In this document: positions 1-10,805 of the stretch, piece after piece
Position numbering within the stretch: position 1 is the stretch's first letter
How the letters are laid out: every line of letters starts with the position of its first letter
Assembly: GCA_902634185.1 (NCBI GenBank)
Contig: CACPJC010000002.1
Coordinates: forward strand, 32,001-96,000
Direction of reading: 5' to 3'
From: an uncultured Candidatus Actinomarina sp.
Lineage (GTDB): Bacteria; Actinomycetota; Acidimicrobiia; Actinomarinales; Actinomarinaceae
Length of the DNA stretch: 64,000 bases
Position numbers and translations under genes: made by a program
Notes under the pieces: model-generated
Seen by the model: only the letters and a program-made list of their open reading frames with translations
Database searches by the model: none
What the model was told of the DNA's origin: nothing

Positions 1-626
1 ATTTCAAAATATTTATAATTAATCTCTCTTCTTGATAGTTCATCTAAAATGTAATTTCTTCTTTTTCCAGTCAAGATTATCTGAAGGTTTTCATTTTTTG
101 TATTTAAGTATTCAACAATTTCTAAAAATCTGTCAGGGCCTTTTGATAATTTTGGAGATACTAAGTCATTCCCTTCTGTATCTCTTTGAAATGAACCAAC
201 AAGGTAAGAATTAAGATCTACACTATACTTTTCTCTAAGTTGTTCTTTGTTTTTGATCTCAAACCATAAATTCTGATTAACCCAAAAAGGAATTTTATGA
301 ACTGGCTTATCTGTAAGTTTAATTACCTGATCGAAAGTTTTATTTGATATAACGTGATAGTAATCAACAAATTTATCACGATCTTTAAATTCTATTTCTT
401 CATTACTCTTAAATTTATCTTCGTCGATATGGTGTATGGTACAAACTACTTTATTTTTAATTAAATATTTTTTAGGAATTTTTCTCCATGTCCATGGAGC
501 AATTAACCAAACAATTTTATCTCCAAATCTAAAGTTTTTTGATTGTTTGAAATTGAACTTGTTCCACTCATCAATGAATCTATCAACGACCCAATTTTCT
601 TTTGCAGAGTTAATGTAAATTTTCAT
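1..626 (-). CDS. Glycosyltransferase, probably GT4 (3'-truncated by window edge; not in the ORF track)
   Basis: Open frame from ATG at 626 (ATGA overlap with the upstream gene's stop): MKIYINSAKENWVVDRF...VCTIHHID...GSFQRDTEG...KGPDRF, running off the window. Confidence 0.7.
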   Translation of the reverse strand, partial: MKIYINSAKENWVVDRFIDEWNKFNFKQSKNFRFGDKIVWLIAPWTWRKIPKKYLIKNKVVCTIHHIDEDKFKSNEEIEFKDRDKFVDYYHVISNKTFDQVIKLTDKPVHKIPFWVNQNLWFEIKNKEQLREKYSVDLNSYLVGSFQRDTEGNDLVSPKLSKGPDRFLEIVEYLNTKNENLQIILTGKRRNYILDELSRREINYKYFE

Positions 627-1324
627 ATTTTATATTGTGGCTTTATATTTTTCCTTACACAATTTGCGTAATAATTTTGTTCTGATTGTTTATTGGTTGA
701 AATATTATTTTTCATATTAAGTTGGTATAAAGGATTTTTGATTATTTCATATCTATAATCTTTGCTAATTAAATCTTTCATTAATTTGTAATCTTGAGCG
801 TAGTAAAAACTTTCATCATATTTTCCTACATCTAAAAGAACGGTCTTTTTAATAAATAAGGTACCGTGTATAAAAGGATTTTTATATTTCATAACCAATT
901 TTGTTGGCAAAAAATATGAGAAACCAGGTATTTTTTTTTGGGAGTTTAAGATTGTTGCTCTTGAAGAACAGAAATCTAATTTCTGGTTTTCAACTGATTC
1001 GTACTGAAACAATATTCTATCTTTACTGCTAATATCATCAGCATCTTGTCTAGCTATATATTCACCTGTTGATTTATCAATTAACATGTTTAATGACTTT
1101 GTTAATCCAAGATTTTTAGAATTTCTATATACCTTTATATGTTTGTTTGTTTTTTCAAATTTGGAAAGTACATCATATGTGTTGTCTGTAGAGCCATCAT
1201 CAATAATCAAGAATTCAATATGGTTATAAGTCTGATTTAAAATACTTTTTATAGAATCATCGACGGTGTTTTCACAATTGAAGCAGCTCATCAAAACTGA
1301 AACTAATTTATTATTAAAGTTCAT
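623..1324 (-). CDS. GT2 glycosyltransferase
   Basis: VSVLMSCFN, IIDDGSTD, YIARQDADD motifs. Confidence 0.92.
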   Translation of the reverse strand: MNFNNKLVSVLMSCFNCENTVDDSIKSILNQTYNHIEFLIIDDGSTDNTYDVLSKFEKTNKHIKVYRNSKNLGLTKSLNMLIDKSTGEYIARQDADDISSKDRILFQYESVENQKLDFCSSRATILNSQKKIPGFSYFLPTKLVMKYKNPFIHGTLFIKKTVLLDVGKYDESFYYAQDYKLMKDLISKDYRYEIIKNPLYQLNMKNNISTNKQSEQNYYANCVRKNIKPQYKI

Positions 1325-2462
1325 TAATTATTTTATTGAATATATCTATAAGTCTATCTTCATTTAAATTAGATTTAAGATATTCTTTATTTTTAATTCC
1401 TATATCTTCAATATATTCATTATTCTCCAATAGATTTATTTTTTCCGTCAAGTTCCTTATTTCATTTCGATCATACATAAGTTCATAATTAGATGGAAAA
1501 AACTCGCTTATTCCTCCGGTATCTGGAAAGATTGAAGGTACGCCAAAAGATGAGGCTTCACATAATAGAGTAGGTTGACCTTCAAAAAGTTTAGTTGCTG
1601 TTAAAACAGCTTTCGATTTTTTTATGATTTCTAAAGTTTCATAATTAGATTTTTGTCCACAAAATTCAATTAAATTTGTATTGTATTTATTCATTGCTTC
1701 GTTTAAATATGGCCCATCTCCAACAATCTTTAGTTTTGTATCTTTCAAATTACTAGCTAAAAATGCTTCAATTAAAGTTGCTATTCCTTTTTCATGGCTT
1801 ACTCTTCCTGCGTAGACTATATAGTTTTCAGAGACGTTTGATAAATCTTTTTCGATTTGAATATAGTTTTGAAATACATTTATTTTTTCTTCTTTAAAAC
1901 CTAAATTAATGAGATAATTTTTGTGAAATTTTGTCAAAACAAGTATTCTGTCTATGTCTTTTTTTAAAATTTGAAAATATTTTTTACCGTATCTATTTAC
2001 TAAAAAAGACTTTAAATAAGACTCTGTGAAGTATTTATTAAATATTTGAAATTTGAATTTCTCTCTTCCACATTTTCGACAAATTTGACCTTTCTCTTTA
2101 TTACATTGGATAAAATAACCTTTCGTACAGTCGTATCTAAAATTATGCAATTTTACAATCGTTTTTATATTTTTACTTTTTAGTATTTTAAATACTCCTA
2201 ACGAAGCTTTAAACCATGTGTTATGAACATATGCTAAATCAGGATTGAAAGAGTTTATTGTATCAGTTAATATTTTCATACTTGAGGTGTCTTTATTTAG
2301 TAAAAAACTTAAAATTTGAGATAAAAAATTGACTTCTTTATTTGAGAAATAAAGTGTGTGGACGTCGTATTGTCTTTCCAACAATTTTATTTCGTTCGTA
2401 ACCGCTATATCTTCACCACCCATATTTCTATAAGTGTTGTGTATCACAAGTATTTTTTTCAT
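1314..2462 (-). CDS. GT4 glycosyltransferase
   Basis: GGED, YAGRVSHEKG, FEGQPTLLCEA (EX7E). Confidence 0.9.
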   Translation of the reverse strand: MKKILVIHNTYRNMGGEDIAVTNEIKLLERQYDVHTLYFSNKEVNFLSQILSFLLNKDTSSMKILTDTINSFNPDLAYVHNTWFKASLGVFKILKSKNIKTIVKLHNFRYDCTKGYFIQCNKEKGQICRKCGREKFKFQIFNKYFTESYLKSFLVNRYGKKYFQILKKDIDRILVLTKFHKNYLINLGFKEEKINVFQNYIQIEKDLSNVSENYIVYAGRVSHEKGIATLIEAFLASNLKDTKLKIVGDGPYLNEAMNKYNTNLIEFCGQKSNYETLEIIKKSKAVLTATKLFEGQPTLLCEASSFGVPSIFPDTGGISEFFPSNYELMYDRNEIRNLTEKINLLENNEYIEDIGIKNKEYLKSNLNEDRLIDIFNKIINEL

Positions 2463-2495
2463 ATTTGTTAATCTATAATAGATTAATTTAAATAT

Positions 2496-3629
2496 TTGGA
2501 TTTAGAACAAATAATGAATGTAATTTTATTTTTCACATATGGAGTTTCCTTAAAAACATGGGAATCAACAGGTCTGTTAAGTAGAGAAATGGAATTTTAT
2601 AATCAGCTATCAAAAAAATATAATATTAGATTTACATTTGTGACATATGGTGACAAAGATGACTATCAGTATGAGAATTATTTTGATAACTTAAAAATTT
2701 TACCAATTTATGCATTATCGAAATATTCTGGATCAAAAGCTATTCGAATTTTAAAAACATTAATTATTCCATTCAGACTCAAGAAATTGATAAATAAAGA
2801 AAAAGTAATTATTAAAAGCAATCAAATGTATGGCGCCTGGGTTCCAATAATTTTTAAATTAATTACTAGAAACCCTCTTCTAATACGAACTGGTTATGAC
2901 CTCTTAGAATTTAGTATTCAAGAAAAAAAGAATTTATTAAAACTTTTTATTTATTACCTACTTACTTTTTTTGCATTAAATGTTTCTGATATTTTTGTCT
3001 CAACCTCAAAATACGATATAAAAAATTTAAGGAATAGATTTTTATTTAATAGAAGAAAAATATTTCATATACCTAATTGGGTTCCAACATTAGAAAATGA
3101 TTCTCAAGTCGCTCTAAATAAAAAAATAATTATGGTTGGAAGGATTGAGCAGCAAAAGAGGTTTGATTTAGCTTTAAAACTATTAAGCGATACTGATTTC
3201 ATTGTTGATATTTATGGTGAAGGCACCTTAAAAAATAGATTTATCCAAGAATCAAAATTTACAAATAATATTAATTTTTATGAAAAAGTAAACAATAAAA
3301 ACTTATTAAAAAAATATAAAGAATATGGTTTTTATTTATCATTGTCAGATTATGAGGGAAATTCAAAAACAATTCTAGAAGCATTGGCATCAGGTTGTAT
3401 AGTTATAGCCTCAAATATTTCAAATAATCTTGAAATAATAACTAATGGAAAAAATGGATTTATATTTGATAGAAGCAATGATAACTTAATTGAATTACTT
3501 AATAATATTTTTAGTGATCATGAAATTATGAAACAAATTTCAAGCGAGGCAAGGCTATATATTCAAAAAAATAATTCGATCGAAGTAATTACAGATAAAG
3601 AATTTGAAATATTAACTAAATTAATTTGA
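2496..3629 (+). CDS. GT4 glycosyltransferase (start may be ATG 2514)
   Basis: VGRIEQQK, YEGNSKTILEALASG. Confidence 0.88.
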   Translation: MDLEQIMNVILFFTYGVSLKTWESTGLLSREMEFYNQLSKKYNIRFTFVTYGDKDDYQYENYFDNLKILPIYALSKYSGSKAIRILKTLIIPFRLKKLINKEKVIIKSNQMYGAWVPIIFKLITRNPLLIRTGYDLLEFSIQEKKNLLKLFIYYLLTFFALNVSDIFVSTSKYDIKNLRNRFLFNRRKIFHIPNWVPTLENDSQVALNKKIIMVGRIEQQKRFDLALKLLSDTDFIVDIYGEGTLKNRFIQESKFTNNINFYEKVNNKNLLKKYKEYGFYLSLSDYEGNSKTILEALASGCIVIASNISNNLEIITNGKNGFIFDRSNDNLIELLNNIFSDHEIMKQISSEARLYIQKNNSIEVITDKEFEILTKLI

Positions 3630-5235
3630 ATTCTCGTTTGTTTTTTTCAACAAAAATTTTTAATTCAAAATCATAGTCAAAGTCATTTTTATTGTGTGTT
3701 GAGTTAATAATTGTAATATTTTCATCTTTTAGAATATCAAAAATTAGCTTTTTAGTCCTATCGTCTAGATTTGAAGTTGCTTCGTCCAGTAGTAAAATTT
3801 CTGAATCATTGAGCAGGGACCTTATAAAGGAAATTTTTTGCATCTGTCCAGACGAAAGCGTTTTATTATTAATTTGCTTATCCAAATCTATTTTATCTTC
3901 TTCGGTATAGAGTGAAAATTTGTTAACAATGTCATAGATTTCATCATCTGGTATTTCATTATCATTACCATAAAGTAAATTCTCTTTAATTGAACCATCA
4001 ATTATGAGAGGAGTGACACCAACATAACCTAATTTATTTGAATTAATATTTATATTTCCAGAAGTAGGTATATATAAACCAGAAATTAATCCCAACAATG
4101 TACTTTTACCAGACCCATTTGGACCTGTAATAATTGTGTGCTTGTTTTTTGGAAAGTTTAAATTAAGCTTATCAAAAATTGGTTCTTCAGAATTAAAATA
4201 TGAGAATTCAACATTTTTGAATTCAACAGATCCAGCCATTGATTCATCAACCTTATAATTTGAAATGTTTATGATCGGGCTTTCTTTATCAAGTTTATAT
4301 AGCTCTACAACATGAACGCTTGAATTTACAACCAAATTTAATCCATTATTCAATGTGCTAAGTGATTGAAAAAGTCTGAGTAAAACACCGATAAACTCAA
4401 TCGTAATTGCAGTTATAAATATAGAATTTGTAAACAATATTGATAATATAAAAATTGTTGCAAATGTTGGCATAATACTATTTAATGATCCAAATATTAT
4501 ATTTTTTGTTTGTCCTTCGGTATAGCCTTTGAGAGATTGTCTAAAGTTACTAAACTCATATTTCATACTTTTTAGTATTTTTACTAAAAATATATTGTCA
4601 ATTATTCGTTGAATTTTTGCATTTACATCCTTTGCCTCTAAAAAGGATATGTGTTGATAATGTTTTCCTCTGCTTAATAAATATTTAGTTGGAAAAATTA
4701 ATAGAATTGCTCCTCCTAGAAAAACAAGAAAAATACTGCTGTTAGATATAAACAAAAAGATTGAATATCCCAATATTTGAAGACAGCTATTAATAAAAAT
4801 TGCAAAGTACCTATAAAATGTCGATACATGTCCACTTACTTGATTTATATAAAAATAAGCATCGTTGGTTGATAAATTCCCTTTTTGAAATGCTTCTTGC
4901 ATAAGATGAAATTTTAAATTTTCAGCGACTGACAAACTTAGAGTTTCAATATTAAGTTTTTCAAAAAATAAAAAAACAAACCTAAATAATACTAAAACTG
5001 GAAGTAAAAACTTACTGTTTAAAAAATAATCAATTATATTTACGATTAATTTGTTTTCATAAAGTATTTCATTTGTGATTAATGATGAAAAAATAACAAT
5101 AATTGTTACATCAAGTAGTACCGCTAGATTTGATAAAATTATAGAAATAAAGACTCTTATTTTTTTGTTTGCAACTCCTGTTAGTTTTGAAACATATAAC
5201 GTTTTACCGTAAAGGTCTTTTACTTGTTCAAACAT
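3616..5235 (-). CDS. ABC exporter, fused permease/ATPase (MsbA/PglK-like, probably glycan export)
   Basis: N-terminal TM helices, Walker A GPNGSGKS, signature LSSGQ, Walker B LLLDEAT. Confidence 0.88.
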   Translation of the reverse strand: MFEQVKDLYGKTLYVSKLTGVANKKIRVFISIILSNLAVLLDVTIIVIFSSLITNEILYENKLIVNIIDYFLNSKFLLPVLVLFRFVFLFFEKLNIETLSLSVAENLKFHLMQEAFQKGNLSTNDAYFYINQVSGHVSTFYRYFAIFINSCLQILGYSIFLFISNSSIFLVFLGGAILLIFPTKYLLSRGKHYQHISFLEAKDVNAKIQRIIDNIFLVKILKSMKYEFSNFRQSLKGYTEGQTKNIIFGSLNSIMPTFATIFILSILFTNSIFITAITIEFIGVLLRLFQSLSTLNNGLNLVVNSSVHVVELYKLDKESPIINISNYKVDESMAGSVEFKNVEFSYFNSEEPIFDKLNLNFPKNKHTIITGPNGSGKSTLLGLISGLYIPTSGNININSNKLGYVGVTPLIIDGSIKENLLYGNDNEIPDDEIYDIVNKFSLYTEEDKIDLDKQINNKTLSSGQMQKISFIRSLLNDSEILLLDEATSNLDDRTKKLIFDILKDENITIINSTHNKNDFDYDFELKIFVEKNKREFKLI

Positions 5236-5358
5236 TCCATAATCATTCTAGATAAAAGAAAAGAGTAAAAATTAATTATCTTTTTAATTCTTAAAATAAA
5301 CCATAAACCAAAAAATATCGAAGTTTTTTATCACTATATTGCGTACTAATATATATGT

Positions 5359-6387
5359 ATGTCAAAAAATGTACTCTTAACCGGAGGTCCTGGCTTTATT
5401 GGCCATCAAGCTGTAAAGAAATTATTAGAAAAAACTGACTGGAAGATTACAGTTATTGACAGACTAAGTTATGCGGGTGATTTAAATAGAATTGAGGAAA
5501 TTCTTTTAGAGTTGGGTGATGATAGTAGAAAAAGATTAGAGTTTATATTTTTTGATCTAAAGTCACCCTTTAATGATCAAATAATTAAAAAGCTTGGAAA
5601 TATAAATTATATAGTTCATATTGGGGCCTCTTCTCACGTAAATAGATCTGTCGAGGATCCTTCATTGTTTATTCAAGACAATATTGTGGGAACTTTTAAT
5701 CTGCTAGAAGCAGCAAAAAAATTTGAACAACTTGAGCTATTTTATTATTTTAGTACTGATGAAGTTTTTGGGCCGTCTGATGAAGACTCTAAATTTAAAG
5801 AATGGGATCGTTACAATTCTAAAAACCCATATGCAGCAACGAAAGCTGCTGGAGAAGAGCTTACGATATCCTTTTCAAATACATACTCTATTCCATCTTT
5901 AATAAGTCATTGTTGTAATGTTTATGGTGAAAGACAACATTTCGAAAAGTTTATTCCAAATACCATAAAAAAAGTACTCAACAATGACGAAGTTATTGTG
6001 CATACTGATGATAACAACATTCCAGGAAGCAGATATTATTTACATAATGAAGATCTCGCAGAAACGATTCTTTTTTTATTAGAAAATTATCAAATGGTTA
6101 TGAGTGAATCTGAAAAACTTTTTAATAAAAAACCTGCAAAAGTAAATATTACTGGAAATAGCCTCATTACAAATCTAGAAGTTGTCGAAAACATTCAGTC
6201 TCTTCTCAAAAAAGAAGTAAACTATAAACTCATCAATAATGATCCAGATAGACCGGGACATGATATAAAGTATGGGCTTGATAACTCTTTTCTTAAACAA
6301 ATTGGTGGAGAGTTTGATAGGGGTTTTGAAGCTGGTATAGAACAGACAGTAAATTGGTTTCTAGATAATAAAGAGTGGTTACAATAG
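5359..6387 (+). CDS. rfbB: dTDP-glucose 4,6-dehydratase-like NDP-sugar dehydratase
   Basis: TGGPGFIG, IDRLSYAG, SHVNRS, STDEVFG, YAATK, DRPGHD. Confidence 0.85.
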   Translation: MSKNVLLTGGPGFIGHQAVKKLLEKTDWKITVIDRLSYAGDLNRIEEILLELGDDSRKRLEFIFFDLKSPFNDQIIKKLGNINYIVHIGASSHVNRSVEDPSLFIQDNIVGTFNLLEAAKKFEQLELFYYFSTDEVFGPSDEDSKFKEWDRYNSKNPYAATKAAGEELTISFSNTYSIPSLISHCCNVYGERQHFEKFIPNTIKKVLNNDEVIVHTDDNNIPGSRYYLHNEDLAETILFLLENYQMVMSESEKLFNKKPAKVNITGNSLITNLEVVENIQSLLKKEVNYKLINNDPDRPGHDIKYGLDNSFLKQIGGEFDRGFEAGIEQTVNWFLDNKEWLQ

Positions 6388-6397
6388 TTAAAAATAA

Positions 6398-7279
6398 GTG
6401 ATAAAAAATATAATTAAAAAATTTAAGATTCGTTTTTTTTGGATAACTTTGGAAAGATTCCCTAATTTATTTAGACCATCTAGCAAACCATATTTATCAG
6501 GTGATACTTTAAGGAATTTCTCAGATCATGTCTTTGATGAATCAAAGTCTATAAAGCCAAATAGTATAAAAAAGAAAGATGTTGTCTTTGTAAGCTCAGA
6601 TGTAATAGACATTTTTTTTAACACTGTTTATATGGATATAAAAAACGAATTTGTTCTAATAACACACAATTCTGATACAAATATAAATAAACATCATCTT
6701 GAAAAAATTGATTCTCGAGTTATCCACTGGTTTGCACAGAATTTAAGTCAACAATCATCAGAAAAAGTCTCATTTATACCAATTGGTTTGGAAAACCTAA
6801 GAAGATTAAAGCATGGAAGAAGAAAATGGTTTGCAAATCCTACAAATAGTAAAACAAAAAATATTTTGTCATCATTTAACGAATTTACAAATTTTAAAGA
6901 AAGAGGAGAGATAAATTCTTTTTTTGAACAAAATAAATTAGTAGATAACAAAACATATGATCAAGTTGAAAACTACTTTACTGACTTACGAAAGTATAAA
7001 TTTGTGGTCTGCCCTGAGGGTAACGGATGTGACACACACAGAATATGGGAAGGCATTCTACTAAACACATTTCCAATATTTAAAATTTCAAATTTTACAA
7101 AAATGCTTGAAAATGAAGGGATTCCAGGTGTTTATATCAATAAATGGAGTGATTTAAATAAATTTACGAAAGAAGATTTGAACGAAATTTATCAAAATCT
7201 TTTAAAGAAAAATAAAAAAGATTTAGTATTTTTCAACTTTTGGGAAGACAGGATTAACAATATTCGGAATAGTTTTTAG
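6398..7279 (+). CDS. Exostosin/GT47-like glycosyltransferase
   Basis: LITHNSD, PIGLEN, KFVVCPEGNGCDTHRIWE. Confidence 0.6.
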   Translation: MIKNIIKKFKIRFFWITLERFPNLFRPSSKPYLSGDTLRNFSDHVFDESKSIKPNSIKKKDVVFVSSDVIDIFFNTVYMDIKNEFVLITHNSDTNINKHHLEKIDSRVIHWFAQNLSQQSSEKVSFIPIGLENLRRLKHGRRKWFANPTNSKTKNILSSFNEFTNFKERGEINSFFEQNKLVDNKTYDQVENYFTDLRKYKFVVCPEGNGCDTHRIWEGILLNTFPIFKISNFTKMLENEGIPGVYINKWSDLNKFTKEDLNEIYQNLLKKNKKDLVFFNFWEDRINNIRNSF

Positions 7280-8138
7280 GTAAAAACTTTTTCAAATTTT
7301 TCGAGTGTATATGTAAGTTTGAAACCTCTATTTTTTTATTTTTATATTCCACATATGGAAAACTATTCAAGAATTTTGGAATTATCCTTTTTGCTTTAAT
7401 TTCTCGACCAACAATATCTTTAGTGTTTACCCACCTTCTTTTGAAAATATAATTACCACGTCTATGATGCATTCCATTAAAAAATTGGCCATAAGCTGCT
7501 GGATCAAAAATAATGTTTGAATCTAAATCATAAGGTAAAGTCGGTAAAATATTAAATAATTCATTATTCTTTTCTTTTATGATATTTAACATTCTCATTT
7601 CATGTAATGGGTTACCTCTTCCATAATGATCGGTGTAAGGTTTTATATCATCTAATATTTTATCTAAACCTTCTACTAGGTATTTAGTCAATATTTGTTT
7701 TGGAAAATACGAATATCCAAATATTAAATCGTTGAAATTATTCTGAGTTATGTTGATTTTATTCTTTGCAAATAAATTATTGTTGTCTAACTCTTTAAAT
7801 GATTTATAGATTAAAACATCATTGTCGAAATGTATAAAAGATTCTATATTTAATTTTTTCGATACCTCGTATAAAGAAAAAATTCTTAAGACAGATGTAT
7901 AAAATAATGGATATTTTTCTTTTGAATAGGGAGTATCTTCATAGTAATTTATTAGAAAATCTTTTTTTTCTTTTAATATCGGGAAATCCTCAAATGATAA
8001 ATTATTAATATTTTTATAGCTATTTTTTTTATTACTGAGAAAAAAAATCTCAGAATTTGTATCGACACTCTTTATAGTGTTGAATGTATATTCGATGTAA
8101 TCAGGAGTCTTTCCGTAATTGAATAATAAATATTTCAT
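7254..8138 (-). CDS. Putative GT-A fold glycosyltransferase
   Basis: HFDNDVLIY DxD-type motif, IFDPAAYGQ, NLHIHSK; island context. Confidence 0.55.
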   Translation of the reverse strand: MKYLLFNYGKTPDYIEYTFNTIKSVDTNSEIFFLSNKKNSYKNINNLSFEDFPILKEKKDFLINYYEDTPYSKEKYPLFYTSVLRIFSLYEVSKKLNIESFIHFDNDVLIYKSFKELDNNNLFAKNKINITQNNFNDLIFGYSYFPKQILTKYLVEGLDKILDDIKPYTDHYGRGNPLHEMRMLNIIKEKNNELFNILPTLPYDLDSNIIFDPAAYGQFFNGMHHRRGNYIFKRRWVNTKDIVGREIKAKRIIPKFLNSFPYVEYKNKKIEVSNLHIHSKNLKKFLPKNYSEYC

Positions 8139-8169
8139 TGAATACTCTACAATATTTTACCAATATTGA

Positions 8170-9072
8170 TTACGAATTTAAGACCTGATTTAAAAACTTT
8201 AAAACGCTCTTGGGTCGAACATAATCTGGAAATTCATTGTTTTTAAACCATGGTTGTCTAAGAAGCTCCACATATTTTTCTTTATCTTTTTCTAAATCAA
8301 GAATTTTTTCAATTAACGCTTCGTCATTTTCATAGTTTGAAGCATTGATAAATGATTTTGGATTAAAATCTTGATTAACAAAGTCAGATCCCCAATAAAT
8401 AGGAATACTGTTAACACTCATTGGATGAAGTATTTTTTCAGTAACGTAACCTTCGCCAATTTCGTTTTCAAAAGCAATATTAAATCTAAATTTTGATATA
8501 TACTTTATTTTCCATTTTTGATCTCCTCTACCCTTTATCTTTTTCCCAGTATTATTTAAAAGAGTTCCACCACAGTCAACATATTTTCTGGATTGTAATT
8601 TTGGTACAAAATCGAGGCGTCTTCCAGACGGATTAGTTGCAACAAATGAACAAAACTTATTATTTATTTTTAAATTTTTGTTATTTTCCAATAAACTTTC
8701 TTTATTAATTAAATATGATTGATCACGCTTTTTATTATATGGAACATCAAACCAATTTATAAATAGACTCCAAAGGGGAAGTCTATAATTTTTAGAATCT
8801 TCATTTTTTAGAAATGAAAATGATGCATCACATTCTTCATAGTTAGGTACAATATTTTCCCCAGTATAAAATATTTTTTTTGTATTTGAATTATCGTAAT
8901 ATCTGTGTTCTCTTTTTTTTGCATAGTCAACTGAAAAAAATAGAAGGTCGGGATTTTCTTGATCTATAACAACCTTGAAGTCATTACTTAGTAGATGAAA
9001 AAAATAATTGTCATCTTTAAAAAAATTTGGCCAAAAATCTACAAAATTAATTCTTAATACATCTTTATTCAT
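8170..9072 (-). CDS. GT10 alpha-1,3/4-fucosyltransferase-like
   Basis: FYTGEN, FCSFVATN, FNIAFEN..EGYVTEKI, IPIYWG. Confidence 0.9.
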   Translation of the reverse strand: MNKDVLRINFVDFWPNFFKDDNYFFHLLSNDFKVVIDQENPDLLFFSVDYAKKREHRYYDNSNTKKIFYTGENIVPNYEECDASFSFLKNEDSKNYRLPLWSLFINWFDVPYNKKRDQSYLINKESLLENNKNLKINNKFCSFVATNPSGRRLDFVPKLQSRKYVDCGGTLLNNTGKKIKGRGDQKWKIKYISKFRFNIAFENEIGEGYVTEKILHPMSVNSIPIYWGSDFVNQDFNPKSFINASNYENDEALIEKILDLEKDKEKYVELLRQPWFKNNEFPDYVRPKSVLKFLNQVLNS

Positions 9073-9096
9073 ATGCCGTCTAATACCACTTCCAAT

Positions 9097-10041
9097 TTAA
9101 TTGTTTTTATTTGTTTTTTTTAAAACATTTAAAAAATTCAAAATATAAAGCAAAGGCTTATCAATACTTAAAATGTTAAGATTCAAGATACTCTTGATCA
9201 GAGTAGTAATGTCACCTTTTTTAAACTCTATTTTTATATGATATTTATTAAAAGCATCTAAATGCTGCCTGTGGTAAAAGTTTGAAACTTTATCTAAACC
9301 ACCATAAGGGGTCCATGGTTTAGTGCTTCCCACATAATGTAAAAAGCTTACGTTTCTATCTATATATTGTATAGTCTCATTGTTAGCATCATGCTTAGCG
9401 TAATAATTTAATTCCTCTCCAATTTCATAAAATTCACCATCAAAATAAGAATTAAGTGCATCCTGATCAGCAAGAGACAAATTATCACCTAATTCAAGGA
9501 TTTTATTTTGAAGCTTTTTGGTTAGGCCAATTTTTCTCCATTCATTCAAGTTAATAAACATTACTCCAGCATTAAAATATTTATTTTTAATATTCAATTT
9601 TTTAAAAAGTTCAGGGGCATCTTTTTGTTCTCCATCAGTTTTTGCACCTAAAACATACTTGTTTACTATTAGTTTTTGAATTATATCATCATAATTTCTA
9701 CTGACATTTTTAAGGCATATTGTGTCTGGATCTAAATATAAAATGTGTTCAGTTTGATAATCAAGATAATCTTCTAAAAATATACGATAATAAGTAGCTT
9801 CTGAATAATGAGCATCAGCTACAGTAAGTGGTATCTTTTTTTTATTCTCAAATTTTTTTATTCTAAGACTTACATTTGTCAAATTCGATATTTTATCTTT
9901 GTATTCAATAAATGTAGAAGGTTTGTTGTGGATCACATTTATATTTATTTGTTCTTCATTGTTGTGTTGAATAAAACTTTTCATAGATAAAAAAGCTTGG
10001 ATATTGTAATTTTCATCAAAGCAATAGAGTAAATTAATCAT
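9097..10041 (-). CDS. GT8 glycosyltransferase
   Basis: ATYYRIF, LYLDPD, YFNAGV, DQDALN, HYVGSTKPW. Confidence 0.92.
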   Translation of the reverse strand: MINLLYCFDENYNIQAFLSMKSFIQHNNEEQININVIHNKPSTFIEYKDKISNLTNVSLRIKKFENKKKIPLTVADAHYSEATYYRIFLEDYLDYQTEHILYLDPDTICLKNVSRNYDDIIQKLIVNKYVLGAKTDGEQKDAPELFKKLNIKNKYFNAGVMFINLNEWRKIGLTKKLQNKILELGDNLSLADQDALNSYFDGEFYEIGEELNYYAKHDANNETIQYIDRNVSFLHYVGSTKPWTPYGGLDKVSNFYHRQHLDAFNKYHIKIEFKKGDITTLIKSILNLNILSIDKPLLYILNFLNVLKKTNKNN

Positions 10042-10092
10042 TGTTAGAATAAATAATCATTTTTTAATTGTGTTTTTAGTACAATACTCATT

Positions 10093-10800
10093 ATTAGTAA
10101 TAAGAATAACCAACTAAATGTTTATGTTGTTCACTATACAAAGTTAAGTGAAAGAAAAAAATCTATAATTTCTACTTTTAGTAGTGAACTTTTTAACTTG
10201 AGGTTTATTGATGAATACAATAAAGAAGACCTTGAAACCATAAATATGAATCAATATTATCAAAATGATATTGAATCGTATGAAAATAAATCTATTCTTT
10301 GGGATAAAGAAAGATCGTACAGAGAACTTACAAAAGCTGAAATTTCTTGTCAACTTAAACATATAAAGGCACTCGAATTGGCGGCAGTAAATGAGGGTAG
10401 CATAAGTTTAATTGTCGAAGATGATGTAATACCAAGTAAAAAAAATTATCAAAAAAAATTAGAAAAATTTTTAACAAAAGATAATGACTGGGATATTTTA
10501 TTTATAGGAGAGGGAATAGGAAAAAATTTTATTCTTAAAAAAATAAATAAAAAATTTAAAATCATCTCTAAAGAGTTTGATGTATCTGACCCTGCTACAA
10601 ATTGTGCTGAGTCTTATCTAATAAAAAGTGAGGCAGCAAAAAAATTATTTGAAAATTTTTATCCTTTTAGCCTTCCTTACGATTGGGAACTTGCTTACAA
10701 AATTAAAAGTGAAAAGATAAATGTTAAGTGGCTATACCCACCAATTTTTTTCCAAGGATCAATTTCTGGTAAATTTAAATCTGAAAATAGAATAAATTAA
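10093..10800 (+). CDS. GT25 glycosyltransferase; start probably upstream of the tracked TTG 10198 (candidate ATT 10093)
   Basis: AEISCQLKH, IVEDD, WDILFIG, SYLI; the in-frame upstream extension contains VYVVHYTKLSERKK, matching the GT25 N-terminus. Confidence 0.75.
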   Translation: MSNKNNQLNVYVVHYTKLSERKKSIISTFSSELFNLRFIDEYNKEDLETINMNQYYQNDIESYENKSILWDKERSYRELTKAEISCQLKHIKALELAAVNEGSISLIVEDDVIPSKKNYQKKLEKFLTKDNDWDILFIGEGIGKNFILKKINKKFKIISKEFDVSDPATNCAESYLIKSEAAKKLFENFYPFSLPYDWELAYKIKSEKINVKWLYPPIFFQGSISGKFKSENRIN

Positions 10801-10805
10801 ATTTT

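Noticed and set aside
930-10460. Poly-A/T tracts in glycosyltransferase genes as phase-variation switches
   Set aside because: Runs of 8-9 are expected at this AT content and the frames are intact.
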